Shown here one piece after another: positions 1-14,479 of a stretch of DNA of 64,000 nucleotides (within the stretch, counting starts at the first letter, position 1; every line of letters begins with the position of its first letter). A program made the translations under genes and the position numbers. Origin of the DNA: Octopus vulgaris (taxonomy: Eukaryota). The DNA is taken from the NCBI GenBank assembly GCA_951406725.2, contig OX597830.1, forward strand, positions 8,060,001-8,124,000, given 5' to 3'. Under the pieces are notes generated by a model. It searched no databases and was not told the DNA's origin. It saw only the letters and a list, made by a program, of their open reading frames with translations.

Positions 1-328
1 CGTTGGCTGAGCCAATCTCCTGGAACGAACCCAATTGAAAATCTTTGGAGAATACTAGATAGAGCTATACGAAAAACTCGACCGAAACCTAAATCTGAAG
101 TTGAATTGTTTCGATTGTTGCGTGAAAAGTGAGCAGAAATTCCACAAAGCTCATCAGTTCAATGCCAAAAAGAGTTTCTGAGTTAAAAACTGCAAAGGGA
201 ATGTCAGCTAAATACTAAAGTATGTAGTCCTACCTATCGATTACATTTCAATTGTTCGCTTTGCATATTAAATAAAATAAAATATTGAAAATTAAAGGTG
301 TCTATTTACTTCCTGCATGTCTGTGTGT
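1..328 (+). mobile_element. Tc1-like transposase C-terminal remnant plus probable right end
   Basis: Frame 1 reads RWLSQSPGTNPIENLWRILDRAIR (the Tc1 WP.QSPDLNPIENLW motif), has an in-frame stop, and after a frameshift ends SMPKRVSELKTAKGMSAKY*. Truncated by the window start. Confidence 0.85.
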
Positions 329-512
329 GTATATATATATTTATACAGACCTACATATACATATATACAGACCTATATATATATATATACATATATATAT
401 ATACATATATACATATATATATACATATATACATATATATATATACATATACATATATATATACATATATACATATATACAGACCTATATATATATATAT
501 ATATATATATAC

Positions 513-1272
<760 letters not shown>

Positions 1273-1296
1273 TATATTATTATTATATCATATTAA

Positions 1297-1510
1297 GGCG
1301 ACGAGTTGGCAGAATCGTTAGCACGCCGTGCGAAACGCTTGGCTGTATTTTGTCTGCCGTTAGATTTTGAGTTCGAATTCCACCGAGGTTGACGTTGCCT
1401 TTCATCCGTCGGAGTCGATAAAATTAGTACGATTTGCGTACTGGAGTCGATGTTATCGAATTACTCCCTTTCCCAAAAGTTGAGTCTTTGTGCTTCCAGT
1501 AGAAAAGATT
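1297..1510 (+). mobile_element. tRNA-derived SINE with Nin/Deu-like domain
   Basis: GGCGACGAGTTGGCAGAATCGTTAGC head, GAGTTCGAATTCC B box, GCCTTTCATCC...GTCGATAAA body; many copies in the window. Confidence 0.85.
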
Positions 1511-1582
1511 TATTAAAGTTGAAGAAGTGTGACATTTATTATATTTTATTTTGGGGAAACTTTGTTTCAATTAGAGTGTACG

Positions 1583-1614
<32 letters not shown>

Positions 1615-1675
1615 GTTTAAATATTTGTTGTGCAAGATTTTTTTATGTGAAAAAAGTAAGTGAGAAGAAAACAAA

Positions 1676-1720
1676 GGACCACTGATGCGGTCACAGGAGT
1701 GTGACGAAAGAACTTTGGCC
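1676..1720 (+). ncRNA. Minimal type I hammerhead ribozyme-like motif (A9 altered)
   Basis: GGACCA-CTGATGC-G-GTCAC aggagt GTGAC-GAAA-GAAC-TT-TGGCC. Perfect 5-bp stem II; stem I CCA/TGG; lies in a ~150-bp island between (TA)n runs. Confidence 0.6.
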
Positions 1721-1758
1721 GAAATAAGATTAAGATTAATGTAAAAAATAAATATCAC

Positions 1759-2245
<487 letters not shown>

Positions 2246-2696
2246 ATATATATATATGTGTGTGTGTATGTGTATACATATGTATTAAAGAAAGCAAAAA
2301 ATAAAACAAAAATGATAGTGTTCAGTATGTTGGCGACAGGAATTTCTGTCAAAGAGACATGCTCACAGTTGTACATCATCCCCTCTTTCTCTCACATACC
2401 CACTGTTTCTCTCTCTTTTATTATTACTCCCACCACACTACTACCTTTAATAAAACATCGTCAACTCTCCCTTTGTCTCTCTCTTTTTCTCCCTCTCTTT
2501 TTCCTTCTCTCTCTATCTTCGCCACAACATTCACTGTCTCTATGCCTACTATTACTCTCACCCCATCATGAGGAAAAGAAGGAGTGTCATTGAATAGTGA
2601 GAGGGGGGTCTAAGTGTGTCACACTGACACACAGAAATTAGTTTTTGCATTCATTCTAATATATATACATACAGACCTACATATTTATATGTGTGA

Positions 2697-2796
<100 letters not shown>

Positions 2797-4147
2797 ATAT
2801 ATATGACATATTTCTTAGATAGATAGATAGATAGATAGATAGATATACGTTGGGCCTTTTTTAGTTTCCGACTAATAAATCCACTCACAGGGCCTTTATC
2901 TCTCTCGGGCTATCGTAGAAGACACTCACTCGAGGTGCAGAGGAATTGAACCAAGAACCATGTGGTTGGCAAGTACATGTGTGCGTGTACACACACAGAT
3001 ATACACACATACTTACGTATGTACATACATATACACACATACGCCTACTTTAGGTTGTGTGCGTGTGTGTGTGTGTGTGTGTGTATGATGAGATATAAAT
3101 TTTAAAACAAATAAAGAAATGCTCGTATCTCGCTGATACATAGACAAGAAGCCTCGACCTAGAGTACCCCACGACTGCATCTGCTAACAACCCATCCCCT
3201 ATTCGAACTCGTGACAATTTCCTGAATGGAACGGTGAAAATTGCATCTAAGCGTCTAATGTCCACCAGGAATGGTTCTTTCAAGGCCATTGCTGACGTCT
3301 TTACCATGACTCGATTATATGAGCATCGTCTAAAAACCGCTCCCTAAATCCTCTTCAATTTTCAGGGCATTGTCCTCATCAGGATGTTCAGCCTTGCTAA
3401 ACATTCAGTGATTCTCCTGTCCTGTTTTGCTACAATTAAACTATTTTTATATTTTTTCTGCATTGTTGTATTGGTTCTTGTTGTCATAAGGGTGTAAGTG
3501 TTGTTTTTTTCTGGCGAGCAACCATCTTAAGTTGAGTGTAAACAAATAAAATTACGTTCAAAAGAAATGTCAAAAACTGACAAATTTTATGTGTTTCGTG
3601 ATACAGGGAGATTGCTGAAGTATTGCAGAAGACTTCCTTCAAAGAAAATATCCAAAAAGAAATGGATAGCGGATCAAATCAGGACTTAAAAAGCCAAAAG
3701 AAACGTCTCTAACCATTTTGTTCGACGCTATTCTTGGTATTATCTGTTATCTGGTATCTTCAGTGGTTGGACACCATCCATTGATCCTCGAATCCTTTAA
3801 TTGTTCAACAGCACTTTCTTGACCCTTGTTTGCCTGCAGCACACTCCACACTTTAAGTAATTATTTGGCCCTGATCCCCCGACCTAAAGATAACTTCCCC
3901 CTTACCTTTTATTATTGACAGATGCCCTGAAAAGACACGTGACCACTGCCCTCAAATACCCGCCAACCACCATACCTTGACAAAACAATCAAAACAAGTT
4001 GCCTTGATTTATGTTGTGTGTTCAAATTCTGCTTGGATTAATTTTGTATTTTATCTCTGAGGGTGGAATCAATTAAAGCCACTAATGCCCTTCACTATGA
4101 TTGTGTCCAAAATTCCAAATATAGATCATTAATATTTACATTATTTA

Positions 4148-4770
4148 AGGCAGCGAGCTGACAGAATAGTTAGCAAGCTGGACGAAGTGCTTAGCGGTAT
4201 TTCGCCCGTCGCTGCGTTCTGAGTTCAAATTCTGCCGAAGTCAATTTTGCCGTTCATCCTTTCGGGTATATAAATTAAGTACCAGTGAAATACTGGGGTC
4301 GATGTAATTGACTAGTCCCGTCCCCCACAATTTCAGTCCTTGTGCCTTTAGTAGAAAGGATTATTTAAGGCGGCGAGCTGGCAGAATCGTTAGCATGCCG
4401 GGTGAAATGCTTAGCGGTATTTCGTCTGCCGCTACGTTCTGAGTTCAAATTCCACCGAGGTCGACTTTGCCTTTCATCCTTTCGGGGTCGATTAAATAAG
4501 TACCAGTTACGCACTGGGGTCGATGTAATCGACTTAATACCTATGTCTGTCCTTGTTTGTCCTCTCTGTGTTTAGCCCCTTGTAGGTAGTAAAGAAATAG
4601 GTGTTTCGTCTGTCACTACGTTCCGAGTCCAAAATCCCCCAAGATCGACTTTGCGTTTCATCTTTTCGGAGTCGATAAAATAAGTACCAGTTAAGCATTG
4701 GGGTTGATGTAATCAAAATACTCTCTCCCCGGAACTTGCTGACCTTGTGCCAAAATTTGACATCAATATT
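4148..4770 (+). mobile_element. Two tandem Nin/Deu-like SINEs, the second composite
   Basis: Heads at ~4148 and ~4368 (GGCGGCGAGCTGGCAGAATCGTTAGC); repeated GCCTTTCATCCTTTCGGGGTCGA body. Confidence 0.88.
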
Positions 4771-5184
4771 TGCTTTAATTATTGATTATTTAGACATTGC
4801 CCGGGGCTGAAATACAAAACAAACAGAGGACGTAAATTATGTCAGAATCAACGTTCTTTTATAGAATTCTATTATTCTTAGAATAGACTTGATTAAAGGT
4901 GGGAAAGAAAGCCTGAAAATGATGATGACGAAGCAATTGATTGGCTGAAAAGTGATAGGTTAATGATCAAGACAAGAGGTTGAATATCGATGTTTAGCTT
5001 TGGCACGAGATCACAGATTGATAGAGGAAGAGAAAGAGAAAAGTTTATTAAATTGAGGTATTTTTATAAGTTATTTTTACAGATTTCTGAAAGAATAAAG
5101 AGCTAAGTCAAATTATCACTAGCGGGATTCGAACTCGCAACGTCAAGATACGTTTATACTTTTTAGTTTTATTATTTAATCAGA

Positions 5185-5810
5185 GAACGGCAGAATCGTT
5201 AGCACGCCGGCGAAATACTCAGCGGCATTTCGTCCGCCGCTGCGTTCTGAGTTCAAATTCCGCCGAGGTCAGCTTTGCCTTTCATCCTTTCGGGGTCGAT
5301 TAAATAAGTACCAGTTACGCACTGGGGTCGATATAATCGACTTAATCCGTTTGTCTGTGCTTGTTTGTCCTCTCTGTGTTTAGACCCTTGTGGGTAGTAA
5401 AGAAATAGGCATTTCGCCCGGCTTTACATTCTGGATTCAAATTCCGCCGAGGTCGACTGTGCCTTTCATCCTTTCGTGGTCGATAAATGAAGTCCCAGTT
5501 TAGTACTGGGGTAGATGTAATTGGCTACCCCATCCCCCAAATTTCAGGCCGTGTGCTTGTAGTAGAACGGATTATTTAGTCACAAAAAGGCGACGAGCTG
5601 GCAGAATAGTCAGCGCGTCGAACAAAATGCTTACCGGCATTTCGCTGGTCGACTTTGCTTCACATCGTTTCGGAATCGATAATTAAGAACTGGAGTCGAG
5701 TCGATGGTATCGATTAGACCACTCCCTCAAAATTTTAGGCTTTGTAACTATTGTAGAAAGGATACCTCTAAGCATTTCGTCCGGCGTGCTAACATTTCTG
5801 CCAGCTCGCC
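5185..5810 (+). mobile_element. Cluster of Nin/Deu-like SINEs
   Basis: Same head and body as the 4148-4770 copies. Confidence 0.85.
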
Positions 5811-6001
5811 GCCTTATACTTTTATATATTCACATATTCACCCTTCAGCCTTTACGTTTCGATTTCCACCAACGAAGAGTCCCATCTGCGGTTTCTGACC
5901 GACCACAACCAACTGGCGTTGGTCTCAGGTGTGATGGATCTCTGCCAAGTAGTCCCTTTCTTCTAGCTATTTCCCAACAGATTTTTTCTTTCTCCATTTT
6001 T

Positions 6002-6066
<65 letters not shown>

Positions 6067-6308
6067 TTTTACCTCTTAATCCTTTCTATCGAATAGTGTA
6101 GGTTCTAAACGTAAAAGATTTTCCCATTCTTCCCAAGCGTGAAACTAATACATCTCCTTATTGTTTCGACATTTGTCTTCATCTTTTGTTTTTCTGTAAA
6201 TTTGAACTGTGTGTGTGTGCGTGAATTTTTTATCTTTTTTCCTTTTTCTTTCTCTACCTATTAGAGTAACTTCCCTTTTATTCAACGGTTTTTCATAGCG
6301 TCTGTGAC

Positions 6309-6376
6309 CATTAATAGCCGACAAGAATGCATGGTAGCTCTTCGCCCCGACATTCGAAACTCTGAGTACTATAATG
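6309..6376 (+). ncRNA. Degenerate type I hammerhead motif
   Basis: CATTAATAG-CCGACAA-GAATG...CATTC-GAAA-CTCTGAG-TA-CTATAATG. All three stems are present; the core has two substitutions relative to CUGACGA. Confidence 0.55.
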
Positions 6377-6473
6377 ACAACCTTTTGCTGTTTGTTCTAA
6401 ATTATAACATTTATGAATAATCCTCTATTTCTCTAATATCGAGGTCTCATTCTTCTATTATTACATTTTATTG

Positions 6474-6506
<33 letters not shown>

Positions 6507-6509
6507 GAT

Positions 6510-6691
6510 ATCGTTTACTTGTTTCTGTTATTTGACTGCGGCCATGTTGGAGGACCACCTTGAAGAGTTCTAGAACAAATCCGCCTAGGAACTTATATTT
6601 CTTTAAGTCTAGCATTCTATAGGAATCTTGTGCCGAACCGCTAAGTAACGAGAAATTAAATGCACCAACGCAAGTTGCTAAGCGATGGCGA

Positions 6692-6740
<49 letters not shown>

Positions 6741-6890
6741 ACAGGCTATTTCATGCTTCCGTCTACAAGATCCACTCACAAGGCTTAGGCCGTCCCGAGG
6801 CTATTGCGAAAGACACTTACCCAAAGAGTGACGCAGTGGGATTGAATCGGAATTGTGTGGTTGGGAAGCAAGCTTCTTACCAGACAGCTA
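6510..6890 (-). mobile_element. tRNA-derived SINE, diverged copy
   Basis: Reverse complement of the 1863-2245 family. Confidence 0.85.
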
Positions 6891-6917
6891 TCTATGATAC
6901 ATATTTCTGCGCGCACA

Positions 6918-7216
6918 AGAAGGCGCGTGGTTAATATATTCGGCTCACGATCCTAACGTCGTGAGTTCGATACCCGGCGGCGCATCGCATCATTAAGCAT
7001 AACGCTTTATTTCACGTTGGCAGCAACGAGGAGTACCTGTATTTCAAAGGGCCGGCCTTGTCGCACTCTGTGTCACGCTGAACGTCCCCGAGAACTACAA
7101 TAAGGGTACACATGTCTGTGGACTGCTCAGCCACTTGCACATTAATTTCACGAGCAGGCTGTTTCCGTTGATTGGATCAACTGGAACCCTCGTCGTCGGA
7201 ACCGACGGAGTACCGT
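6918..7216 (+). mobile_element. Third tRNA-derived SINE type
   Basis: GAAGGCGCGTGG...GTGAGTTCGATACCC head resembling the 60752 copy. Confidence 0.65.
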
Positions 7217-7664
7217 ATTAATATATATATATAGATATATTTATATTTATATTTATATTTAGCCATGTATGTAGGTGTATACGTATATAGGTATTCATAA
7301 ATGGATGTGTGTACGTTTTTATAACTGTATATATGTAGGTGTGTGTCTTTCTGTATGTGCTTCAGTTTGAAGGCCTGTTTGTATATGTGTACTGCTCAGT
7401 AAATTGTGAGCATAAATGACGTTCTAGGAGGATAGCGACGTCTACACACAGACACACACATAGATAAATACATTCATTCTTATCTCTTTGTGTGTGTGTG
7501 TGTGTGTGTGTGTATAATGTATATATATATATATATCATGTGTGTGTGTGTGTGTATGTGTGCCAATGCGTGTGTATTTATGTATGTTTTATATATATAT
7601 CTCAGTATATATATGTGTATGTATGTGTATGCATATGCATATATATACATATGTATAAATAAAG

Positions 7665-7699
<35 letters not shown>

Positions 7700-8358
7700 C
7701 ATATATATACATATATACTCACACACATGTATGTATTAGTGTGTGTGTATATATATCTGCATCTATATATATATGTATGTATGTATATATGTATACGTAT
7801 ATGTGTCTACGTATCTATACGTCGCGTATGTGTATGTGTGTGTGTGTGTGTCTACGTATGTGTATCAGTGTGTGCGTGCGTGAGTATACACGCGTGTGTG
7901 TGTGTGTGTGTGCGTGTGCGTGTGTGTGTGTGTGTGAATATAAAACTAACATTTTCTGCACGCTATTTACCCTATCCACTTAGTGACTCCCCTACTCCAA
8001 TATTCCTCCAACAACCACACACACACCCCTCTAGATACAAACTTTCTCTCTCTCTCTCTTCTTTTGCCTCTCTCTCTCTCTACCTCCCTCTCTCTCTCTC
8101 TTTCCACTCTTTCCATTCACTTCTTCATCTCCAAAAGCCTCTAACTATTGCCTCTCTCTCTTTTCTCTCTCTCTCTCTCTCTACCTCTCTCTCTCTCTCA
8201 ATATGTCTGTCTGTATGTCTATCCCAAATATGCCTGCGGATTTGCTTCAAACAGCCTCCATTACAAAGCAATTTTCTATAATTTTATGCAATTTTCTGTA
8301 ATTATTTCCTGGAATATAATTACCAGATGACTAAAGTTATATATGTACCTATGTGTGC

Positions 8359-8405
<47 letters not shown>

Positions 8406-8414
8406 TGTTTATAT

Positions 8415-8479
<65 letters not shown>

Positions 8480-8788
8480 TGTTTATATATACATACATAC
8501 ATATGTATATATATATATATTTATATGAGTGTCTGTGTATGTATGTATATATACACATTTATGCATACTTACATATATATATATAAGTATATATATGTAC
8601 ATACATGAATACTTACATAGATGTATTTATATGAATATGTATGTATGTGTAAAAACGTATATATATATATACATATGTATGTGTGTATGTATGTATGTAT
8701 CCACACATACATGCATATGTAAGTATTTGTACTACTTTATGTGTAGTCGCTCATTCAACGTCACACTGCGACTATTCTACAGTTGTAT

Positions 8789-8834
<46 letters not shown>

Positions 8835-9339
8835 CTACATATATATATATGTACATATACACATGTGTATCTATACTTTCCTATATATACGCATACCCTC
8901 TCAACATAGCTCTCTCTCTCTCTCTCTGTCTCTCTCATTGTCTATGTATATATATACCTTATTCACTCTTCCCTTTTCTTTCCTTGTCTCCCTCTCCTTC
9001 TCCTTCTCTCGCTTTCTTTCCTGAAGGTTTTCACTTATATCTCTTCAAAAATATTTCTAGGCATTTTTTCTCTCGGTATATTGTATTTCATTTCATATGT
9101 GCGCCGCTTTCTACATACGTATCTATATATACATATATTAAAACAAAGCAAAAACCTAAATATATAGACACAAGTATACACTTGTGTGTGTATATATATC
9201 AATGTAGGCATCTGGTTTTATATATGTGTGTGAGTGCGTATGTTTGTACATCATCGTCATCATCGTCATCAACTTATGTAGCTGGAAAGAGAGGTAGATA
9301 ATATAAATACAGACACATGTACATGTATATGCATATGAG

Positions 9340-9349
9340 TATATGTATA

Positions 9350-9398
<49 letters not shown>

Positions 9399-9453
9399 GT
9401 ATATATATATATATATGTATATATATGTATATATATATGTATGTATATATATG

Positions 9454-9486
<33 letters not shown>

Positions 9487-9544
9487 GTATATATATATGT
9501 ATGTATATGTATGTATATATGTATATATATATATATATATATAT

Positions 9545-9591
<47 letters not shown>

Positions 9592-9614
9592 GTATATATA
9601 TATGTATGTATATG

Positions 9615-9661
<47 letters not shown>

Positions 9662-9678
9662 ATATATATATGTATATG

Positions 9679-9730
<52 letters not shown>

Positions 9731-9750
9731 TGTATATATATATATATATG

Positions 9751-9844
<94 letters not shown>

Positions 9845-9910
9845 TGTATATATATATATATATGTATATATATATGTATGTACATGAATGTATATATATA
9901 TGTATATATA
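9340..9910. repeat. Compound (TA)n/(TATG)n microsatellite
   Basis: Direct inspection. Confidence 0.95.
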
Positions 9911-10108
9911 GATACGTATATATTTATGAATATATTTATATATATAAGCATAAATACATGAGTGTACAGTGTACACATGTTTGTGCATATATGAGTATAT
10001 TTGTGTGTGCGTGTGTGTGCAATAGCAATAAAAATATCGATAATAACGGTTATAAAATGATACGCAGACGAAAAGAAATAGGTATGTATTTATGTGTATA
10101 CGAATATG

Positions 10109-10184
<76 letters not shown>

Positions 10185-10358
10185 CTTTTCGTGAGCTGAA
10201 ATTGCTACAGCAGTAACTCGAGAACCTTAAGTCAGATCCCACTGTATGTGTGTGTGTGTCTGAATAATTTTTTACTTACTGACATATCTAAAGGGAACTC
10301 AAAAATAGGAACTTGGCTCTCACACACACACACATATATGTGTATATATATATATAAT

Positions 10359-10419
<61 letters not shown>

Positions 10420-10529
10420 GGAATATCATCTCTGTGTTCTTAAATATTATTTAACACATATTGAACCAAATATGAGCGTAGATACGTATGAACTTAACTA
10501 GGTATATGTGTGTATATTTATATGTACAT

Positions 10530-13295
10530 ATAGAAGTACACTTACAGAAGTACACGTACCAAACTAGGCCATACTGCGAACAGACAGAAGGGAAAGGTGC
10601 CATGGTGGAGTTGCTGTATACATCCGTGATGATCTCCCACCCCAGGTCTTACTGTCATACTCAAAATTCGGTATGTGACACTCTAATTGTATACATAAGA
10701 TAACATAATATAGTCATATGCAATACATATTGCCCACCGGATGCTCCAAACCACATAGGCAAGTTTGAAGATTGCCTCACAAGAATTAAAGAAATCCTCA
10801 TGAATCTGGAACACCACGTGACCATATTTCTTATGGGTGATTTCAACTTCCCCAACGTCAAATGGCCCGAAGGTCTCATACTCTCAGGAATGACTCATTG
10901 CAAGCAAGCACAGGTAGAGTCCCTGCTCAACCTCACCAATGCCTTATTCATGGAGCAAGTTGTACTCAGACCAACTAGGGCGAATAACATTCTAGATCTC
11001 TGATTCACGAACAATATGGACATCATTCATGATGTGAAAGTGACACCGACATCAGTTTCGGATCACATCATAATAGAGCTGTCTATGTTTGGGCCGAAAC
11101 AGAGACATACAGCCTAAAGGAAGCACCCGAAATCTCTCCAATCTGAGCTTCCACAAAGCAGATTGGAAATCAATCCAAAAAGAGATCCTCAGAGAGGACT
11201 GTCCGGAATGTCTCTCCACACCAGACATTGACATGAAACTAGAATGCTTCATGTCTTCTGTGCAAGCCGTATGCCAGAAATATATCCCAGAGCACAAGGC
11301 CAAAACAAATAGGAGCAAGATTCCAAGAGATAGGAATATCCTCATGAGACAACGGACGAAGGTTGCAAACCGACTCAACCAACATACTAAAAGTAGCGAA
11401 ACGTCCCGCCTAAAAACAACACTGATGGAGATCGAAAAAAGGCTACAACAATCCTATGTGAGGGAGAAAGCAGACAAAGAAGCCTGGGTTATAAAAAAGA
11501 CACTAAGTCAAACCCAAAGGCCTTCTTTCATTACGCGAAAGAAACAGCCTCAGTACACTACAAGATAGGACCCCTCCTCCAAAAGGATGGCTCCCTCACA
11601 GACAGTTCAACTAAGATCAGTGAGATACTGAATGACCAGTTCAAAAGTGTATCTACCACCCCGTTGGAACACAGACAAGTAAACGAACCAGTGGACTTCT
11701 TTGCCGCCTCACCTATAACCAGCGAGGCAGTTACTATAGAATGCATTAGCGAAGATGTACTACTAGCCATAGATGAAGTGGACACAAACTCAACTGCTGG
11801 TCTTGATGGTTTCCCAGCAATCATCCTCAAATCGTGTAAACATGCCCTGGCAAAACCCCTCCAGATTCTCTTCCAGAGCTTTCTTACAAATGGCAAACTG
11901 CCAAGCAAGCTGAAGGAGGGAATAATATGCCCAATACATAAAGGGGGAAGTAGAGCAGATGCCAAAAACTATAGGCCTATCTCTCTGACTTCACACATCA
12001 GCAAAGTCATGGAACGGATAGTCAGAGGGAAACTAATCGCATTCCTTGAAAAAAATAATTTGCTAAGTGATACCCAACATGGTTTTCGACCAGGTAGGAG
12101 CTGCCTAACCCAGATCTTACAACATTATGACTGGGTGTTGAGGCAGTTACTCAACAAATCAAATGTGGACGTAATCTACATTGATTTTGCAAAAGCTTTT
12201 GAGAAGGTGGATCATGGTATGATATGCCACAAACTACGTGACCTCGGCATAGCTGGAAAACTTGGAGTGTGGTTACATGACTTCCTGAAAGATAGGAGTC
12301 AAGCAGTGGTGGCTAATAGAGCCACCTCTATGAACACACAAATAGTGAGCGGTGTTCCACAGGGCACTGTCTTGGGACCACTGCTTTTTATAATGGCCCC
12401 CTCAGATATGCCCTCAAATGCCCGTATAGCCACTCTGGCAAGCTATGCAGATGATACGAAAGTCTCACAGAAAATACAGAACCCCAGCGATGTTGCACAC
12501 CTGCAGCAGGAGTTGGACTCAATTTACAGATGGGCTGAGGATAATAATATGCAGTTTAATGCTGAAAGACTCCAGGCCCTGCGCTACCAGCATCCAAAAC
12601 TGAATATTAAACTTACAGGGTATACCGGTCCACAGGGAATTTCACCTAAGTCAGTGAGGGACCTTGGTATCGACATGAATGATGATACCTCTTTCCAAGT
12701 GCACAATACCAGGATGGCAACAAAGTGCAGACGACTGGCTGGATGGATCCTAAGAACATTCAGAACCAGAGATGAGGAAACCATGATGGTCCTCTGGCAT
12801 ACATTCGTCCTCAGCCGCCTGGATTACTGCTCGCAGCTATGGTCACCCACCAGTGTGAGATTAACAGCGGACCTTGAAGCAATCCAGAGAAGATTCACAA
12901 AGAAGATCGTCTCTTTGCAACAGCTCAGCTACTGGGAAAGGTTGAAACAGCTAAGACTCTACTCTCTGGAGAGAAGACGGGAGAGGTATGCAGTAATATA
13001 TGTCTGGACGATACTGGAAGGAATTGTGCCAAATTTTGGCATTGAAAGCAACACCAATGCCAGAACTGGACGACACTGCTTCAGGACGAGTTACTGCAAC
13101 AGCCTGGGTTTCAAGGGCCCACAGCTTTTTAATATTCTCCCAAAGTAGATGTAGGGTTTTTTAAATCAAAGCTGGACCTCTTCCTGTCGAGAGTCCCAGA
13201 TGAGCCTACCTCACGGCAAGAGGTGCAAATGTGGGTAGCTATATCAAACTCCATTTTTCATCAAGTGCCACATATTAGAGGAGGCTCCTAGTAAT
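10530..13295 (+). mobile_element. 5'-truncated, decayed CR1-group LINE (APE endonuclease + reverse transcriptase)
   Basis: APE motifs GGVAVYI, IFLMGDFNFP, NILDL and SDH across broken frames; RT motifs NYRPISLTS, QHGFRPGRSC, DFAKAF, GVPQGTVLGPLLF, YADD; C-terminal LSYWERLKQLRLYSLERRR. Several stops and frameshifts. Confidence 0.93.
11664..13148 (+). pseudogene. LINE ORF2 reverse transcriptase segment (494-aa open stretch)
   Basis: Longest non-repetitive ORF, with the YADD motif; the upstream APE part lies in other frames. Confidence 0.9.
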
Positions 13296-13313
13296 AACAG
13301 TGTATGTACATAC

Positions 13314-13360
<47 letters not shown>

Positions 13361-13699
13361 CATATATATTCTTTTATTTGTTTCGGTATCTATATATACT
13401 GTGTACATATTCTATCTATCTCTCGTGTGTATGTTATTTGCACACACACACATGCATGTATGGAAACAGGACAAGCTAACATAGAAAAAAGGGTCCTTCA
13501 TCAGTTTTCGACTGTCTTTCTACTCCTTATTTCCAGTTTGTACGAAACTAAGGATTCCATCAACTGCTTATCTCTATACGAAACTAATGATCTCATCCGT
13601 TAATAATATGGAAATTTCGAGCACGAAATAGAGAACAATCTAGATTCACAGCTGTTTTCAAATCCGGTACTCTGTCGCACAGTATAATATGTTAAACTC

Positions 13700-14055
13700 A
13701 GGTACCTCCGCAACCACATGGCTCCGTGTTCAACCCCATTGCGTGGCACACTTGGATAAGTGTCTTCTATTATAGCCTAAGGCCAACAAAAACCTTCTGA
13801 GTGGATCTGGTAGACGGAAACTGAAAGAAGCCCTTCGTATATATGTATATGTGTGTGTGAGATTTTGTCTGTGTTTGATCCACCACCACCGTAGGTGTTG
13901 GTATATTTACGTCCCTCGTAACTTAGCGGTTCGGCAAAATAAGTACCAGGTTTAACAAAAGAATAAGTACCGGGGTCGATTCATTCGACTAAAAAGAATT
14001 GTTCAAGTCGTTGCTCCAGCATGGCTACAGTCTAATGGCTGAAACAAGTAAAAGG
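13700..14055 (+). mobile_element. tRNA-derived SINE
   Basis: Same family as 1863-2245. Confidence 0.82.
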
Positions 14056-14400
14056 TAACAGTTATTTCTGGCGTAAAATGAAGAATTCTAATCGTTTCGT
14101 TTGTTTTGAGGGATTTTCTTCGAAGACTATTGACTTCTACACAGTCACACATATTCTTTGAGATTCATAATAGAGACAGACTCTTCAGGAAAAAAACAAT
14201 GCACATTTGATTCCATGCTGCTTTCGACAAATGGAACGGTTGCATGACAATCAAAACAAGAGAAAACTAATATTAATCTAAATAATAATGTACCAAAAAA
14301 AAAGGAATTCATACGCTTTGTTATAAAATTATAGGTTTTCGTTTACATATTGGATGTCACAGTGTATATACATGTATATATACGTGTGTATGTATATATG

Positions 14401-14460
<60 letters not shown>

Positions 14461-14479
14461 TATAGACATTCTTTTTTTA

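Noticed and set aside
3346-3388. Further hammerhead-like traces (3346-3388, ~21332-21391, ~22345-22420, ~46511-46590, ~47114-47152, ~60244-60333)
   Set aside because: Each lacks the cleavage triplet, half of the core or a pairable stem; probably decayed copies, but not distinguishable from chance by eye.
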